A DNA stretch of 53,897 nt, filler included, from Dirinaria sp. TL-2023a (taxonomy: Eukaryota): the NCBI GenBank assembly GCA_051941275.1. It is 4 parts of 4 records of this genome, joined end to end, with 100 filler letters (N's around TTAATTAATTAA, not from the genome) between each part and the next. Parts side by side here need not be neighbours in the genome. Positions count along the whole stretch, not along the records: positions 40,526 to 53,897 come from JAVEBF010000693.1; 3 more parts are not named here. One strand, given 5' to 3'. The translations under genes were made by a program, and so were the position numbers. The notes beneath the pieces were generated by a model, which did no database searches, was not told where the DNA came from, and saw only the letters and a list, made by a program, of their open reading frames with translations. Shown piece after piece: positions 49,053 through 53,897 of the stretch. Numbering within the stretch: the stretch's first letter is position 1; the number at the start of each line of letters is the position of its first letter.

Positions 49053-50961
49053 ATGGCCGAACAATCGAAGGAAGCCGATCCCAGAATAGATGCAGCTGCT
49101 GTCAAAGAAGTCATTGACGGAGAACCCTCGGCTAGTACCACAAATGAAGCCGCTGAAGACGAGGACCTAGACAGCGCGAACCCCGATGCTGGAGCCGCGG
49201 GATCGGCCACCAAGAAGAAGAGATCCAAAAAGGCGAAGCTGAAGAAAGCCTTTGGGGTGGACAGCAGCCAAGATGCTGAAGCCGGTAGCTCATCGAACCC
49301 CGCGAGCAAGCTTACCGACGGCATGGTCGAACAATTGCTCGAAATGAACCCCTCATTAAAGAGTGAAGTTGCCGGAATGGATAAGGCCAATGCAGCAGCA
49401 GCGGTCAAGAAGCTGGACATTGCGGACCTACTGACGGGCATGGTCAGTTGAAATGCGTCCTGGAAAAGCAAGTGGCTGATGCGGGGGTTAGTCTGTGAGC
49501 GGGAAAAATCAGAAAGACATGGCTTCGTACAAGTTTTGGCAGACACAGCCTGTGCCTCGTTTTGGTAATTCAGCGCTGCCACGTGTTACAACAGTACTGA
49601 GTAATTCCAGATGAGGCCCAGCAACTCGAAGAGGGACCTATCAAAGTCGTGGATCCTGATCAAGTTCCGAAAGAGCCCCCGCCAATGATGGAAGGGTTTG
49701 AATGGCATACGATGGATTTGACAGAGGACAAGCAGGTAGGCCGGCGTATCGTTATTTTCAATGACCCGGCTGACAATGCTCAAGCTGGAAGAAGTCTACG
49801 AGCTACTGAATGGCCACTATGTAGAGGATGGCGATGCCTCCTTCAGATTCAAATACTCAATTTCATTCCTCAACTGGTATTGCCCCTCTTCTAACGTGCC
49901 AGTGTGAGCCAGCTCTGATAAACATGTCCAGGGCGCTGAAGTCACCCGGCTGGCGAAAAGAATGGCATGTCGGTGTTCGGGCGTCCCAATCACAGCGGCT
50001 TGTGGCTTTCATATCTGGTGTCCCTATGTCCCTCAAAGTGCGCTCCAACATTTTGAAATGCACCGAGATCAACTTTCTCTGCGTCCATAAAAAGTTACGC
50101 TCCAAACGACTCACTCCAGTCCTCATCAAAGAAATCACCCGCCGCTGCAACCTACATGGCATTTTCCAAGCTATCTATACCGCAGGCGTTGTGCTTCCCA
50201 AGCCAGTCACCTCCTGCCGCTACTTTCACCGCTGTCTAGACTGGCTCAAGCTGTACGAAGTGGATTTCTCAGCATTGCCGCCCAATTCAACAAGAGAAAG
50301 ACAGCTTACAAAGTACCGCCTCCCGAGCTCTACTAGCACCAAAGGTCTTCGCCCGATGCAACGCAGGGATGTTGATGCAGTCCACTCGCTTTTGAATAGG
50401 TATCTGGAGCGATTCGAAATGGCTCCAAAATTCGACATATCTGAGGTTGCGCACTGGCTGGTTCACGACGACCACTCTGCTGAACAGGTCATGTGGTCAT
50501 ACGTCGTTGAGGACCCGAACACGAAACAGATTACAGATTTTTTCTCGTTTTATTGCCTCGAATCTTCTGTCATTGGCAACCGCAAACATGAAGTGGTCCG
50601 TGCAGCCTATATCTTTTACTATGCGTCCGAGACTGCATTTGAGGAGAACGAGCACGGGCTGAAGGAGCGTTTGAATGAACTCATGCATGACGCTTTGATA
50701 CTGGCTAAGAAGGTACGCACTCCCCTCTAGTGTTCTGATACCTTTCCCTACTCACAGTTTTAGTTCAACTTTGATGTCGTCAATGCGTTGACGCTCCTGG
50801 ACAACCCTTTATTCCTTGAACGGCAAAAGTTTGGAGCTGGGGACGGGCAGTTGCATTTCTATCTTTTCAATTACCGAACAATGCCCATAGCAGGAGGTGT
50901 GGACGCCAAGAACAACGTGGACGAGAAGCGCCGTGGTGGATTAGGGGTGGTCATGCTCTGA
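49053..50961 (+). CDS. NMT1: Glycylpeptide N-tetradecanoyltransferase (N-myristoyltransferase)
   Basis: Exons 49053-49442, 49492-49564, 49611-49735, 49785-49876, 49932-50712, 50764-50961. [57 protein letters not shown]; ends GVVML. Confidence 0.96.
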
Positions 50962-51387
50962 AACATCCAGTCTCATTTTCTTTGCCAATTTAGAGCCCGG
51001 ATGTGCATGTAGATAGGTACCACGAAGCATCCTTTTCGGGGTCTAGCATAGGATTGTACAATTAGTGATGAAGAAACATTGATGATCTGCTTTGACATCT
51101 TTTTGCCGAATCGCATCAAACCTGTCTTTTTATCACATTCAGTGCCTTTACGAAGCAGTGGGTAAAATAAAAACTAAAACAAAAAAATATGCTATCAAGT
51201 CTCCTGTCGAACAATAGCAGCTTGACTGCCTTAGGCAGTCGAGAGCATTTGATGTGCGCTATTCCGCTTGACTTTGAGTAATGCAGGGAGGCAGGGTTCT
51301 TGTAGGGCTGAAAACTTTCGACATCAACCTCGAGATCGAGGTGGGTGTAGAACTGTAGCTCCTGCGACGTTCATAACGCATCAAATA

Positions 51388-53819
51388 ATGCGATCATCGA
51401 GGACTTTAATAAAGCTTCGGAGCCCACCAGTCTTCTTGCTACAATCGCAACTCAAGAGAGCGCAGATTTGCTTTCATACCACTCAATGCGCCTCCACTGC
51501 GTGCCTGTGGCCTATCCCATTACATCAATTTCCTTTGGACCGACGATGGCAGGGCAGACGCTGGCAGTCAGGCGCTGCCGCCGCTGTGTAATTATATCAG
51601 CATTTAGAACATGCCGGTGCTGACGTACAAAATAGTCTGGAGCAAGCAGCCGAGCCCGAAAATCTAGCCCAGGAAACAATCATCGATAACCTTGCGCCTG
51701 AGGAGGCTCAACGACTTTCACGAGTTAGGAACATCGGCATAGCTGTGCGCATGACAACTATCCACTATCGAATCCAGGACTGACCTATGCAGGCTCACAT
51801 TGACAGCGGCAAGACCACCGCCACCGAGCGCGTGCTGTACTATACGGGGCGAATCAAGGCGATACACGAAGTCCGAGGCAAGGATGCCGTGGGAGCGAAG
51901 ATGGACTCGATGGATCTCGAAAGAGAAAAGGGTATAACCATACAGTCCGCGGCTACCTACTGTGATTGGATCAAAACAGAGAACGGAAAGGAGGAGAAAT
52001 ACCACATTAATTTGATCGATACACCCGGTCACATCGACTTTACGATTGAGGTAGAAAGAGCCTTGCGAGTTCTGGACGGCGCTGTCATGATTCTTTGTGC
52101 CGTCTCAGGCGTGCAATCCCAGACCATTACTGTAGACCGGCAAATGCGAAGATACAATGTCCCTCGAATATCATTCATAAACAAGATGGATCGGATGGGC
52201 GCAAATCCATTCAAGGCTATCGAGCAAATCAACCGCAAGCTTAAGCTCCCGGCGGCAGCCATGCAAGTGCCAATTGGAAGAGAGGACAGATACCATGGTG
52301 TTGTCGACCTGATCAGGATGAAAGCTGTCTACAACGAAGGCTTAAAAGGAGAAACAGTGACAGAGACCGACGAGATACCCGCAGACGTCAAAGAATTTGC
52401 TATGCAGCGCAGGAAGATGCTCATAGAAACACTCGCTGACGTTGACGACGAAATTGCCGAGATGTTCCTCGATGAAAGAACACCTACAGAAGACCAAATC
52501 CGAGCTGCTGTCCGACGTGCGACAATCTCACTCAAATTCACACCCGTTTTCATGGGCTCCGCTCTCGCCGATAAGTCCGTTCAGCCCATGCTCGACGGTG
52601 TTTGCGACTACCTCCCCAACCCCTCTGAAGTTGAAAACCTTGCTCTAGACCGCCGTCGCGGTGAAGCCCCTGTCAAACTTATCCCTTACAACTCCCTACC
52701 CTTCGTTGGTCTGGCTTTCAAGCTTGAAGAGTCCAACTTCGGCCAATTGACTTACATCCGCGTTTACCAAGGCTCGCTGCGCCGTACCAACAATCTTTTC
52801 AACCTACGTACCAACAAGAAGGTCAAAGTCCCACGAATTGTCCGCATGCACAGTAACGAAATGGAAGACATATCCGAAATTGGTGCTGGTGAGATCTGCG
52901 CCGTCTTTGGCGTCGACTGCGCTTCGGGCGACACTTTTACCGACGGCACCTTGGGATATAGTATGACCACTATGTTCGTGCCTGAGCCTGTCATATCTCT
53001 CTACATCAAACCGAAGGAGAATAAGGATCTTCCCAATTTCTCCAAAGCCATGTCGCGCTTCCAGCGCGAAGATCCAACTTTCCGTGTACACCACGATCCC
53101 GAAACCTCAGAAACCATTATATCCGGTATGGGGGAGCTGCATTTAGAAATCTACGTTGAGCGCATGCGGAGGGAGTATAGAGTACCATGCGAAACCGGGC
53201 AGCCGCAAGTGGCATACCGCGAAACCATCACTCAGCATGTTCCTTTTGATCACTTACTGAAAAAGCAGACCGGTGGCGCAGGAGACTATGCCCGTGTTAT
53301 GGGCTTCATGGAACCGACCGGCGCTTTGGAAGACAACGCATTCGAGGAACACGTCACCGGGGGCACAATCAGCGAGAAGTTTCTGTTCGCATGCGACAAA
53401 GGCTTCCGAGCCGCGTGTACCAAAGGGCCGCTCATCGGCCACAAAGTGCTCGGCACGAAGATGGTCATCAACGACGGGCAGACGCACATGACGGATTCCA
53501 GCGAAATGGCGTTCAAGAACGCCACGCAACACGCCTTCCGCAATGCGTTCATGCAAGGGAAACCGCAAGTGCTGGAACCGCTGATGAAAACCACCATCAC
53601 CTCGCCCAACGAGTTCCAGGGTAACATCGTCGGACTGCTGAATAAGAGGAATGCGGTGATCAGCGAGACGGATATCGGCAGCGACGATTTCACGCTGTAT
53701 GCCGATTGCAGCTTGAACAGCATGTTCGGGTTCAGCACGCAGTTAAGGGCGGCGACACAGGGGAAAGGGGAGTTTACGATGGAATTCTCGCATTATAGCC
53801 CTGCGCCAGGACACTTGCA
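51388..53819 (+). CDS. MEF1: Mitochondrial elongation factor G1, 3' end beyond the contig
   Basis: Presequence-like N-terminus; introns 51588-51635 and 51745-51792; [64 protein letters not shown]; last intron begins GTAAGT at 53820. Confidence 0.95.
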
Positions 53820-53897
53820 GTAAGTTTTTACCTTTACCCCGGGGGTGTTTTCCTGATGTCTTTTTGGGGGGTTTTTCTTTTATCAGCTCTTCTACAC

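Overview
Filamentous ascomycete (Pezizomycotina) nuclear DNA. It is not one locus: four contigs (1-13421, 13522-26935, 27036-40425, 40526-53897; 13421/13414/13390/13372 bp, i.e. sorted by length) are joined by artificial 100-nt N44-TTAATTAATTAA-N44 linkers. Contig 1: CSF1 (bridge-like lipid transfer protein, broken by one intron-less frame change at ~1504) head-to-head with a TMEM184/Hfl1-family gene. Contig 2 (accessory-like): F-box gene, TRI101-like acyltransferase pseudogene, PTH11-like membrane protein, histidine phosphatase, AsnB-type amidotransferase, MARVEL protein. Contig 3: two uncharacterised fungal genes, D-serine dehydratase (DSD1), nitrate transporter (nrtA/crnA). Contig 4: orphan membrane protein, SWC3, ABHD12-like hydrolase, sulfotransferase-like P-loop protein, NMT1, mitochondrial EF-G (MEF1, truncated). 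Exon structures were derived by hand. Most notable: the 447-nt first intron of DSD1 is densely base-paired with H/ACA-like boxes and contains a possible 10-nt poison microexon whose two splice sites fall in one hairpin; 3 of ~37 introns are GC-AG; GC3 rises sharply in genes next to the low-complexity contig ends.
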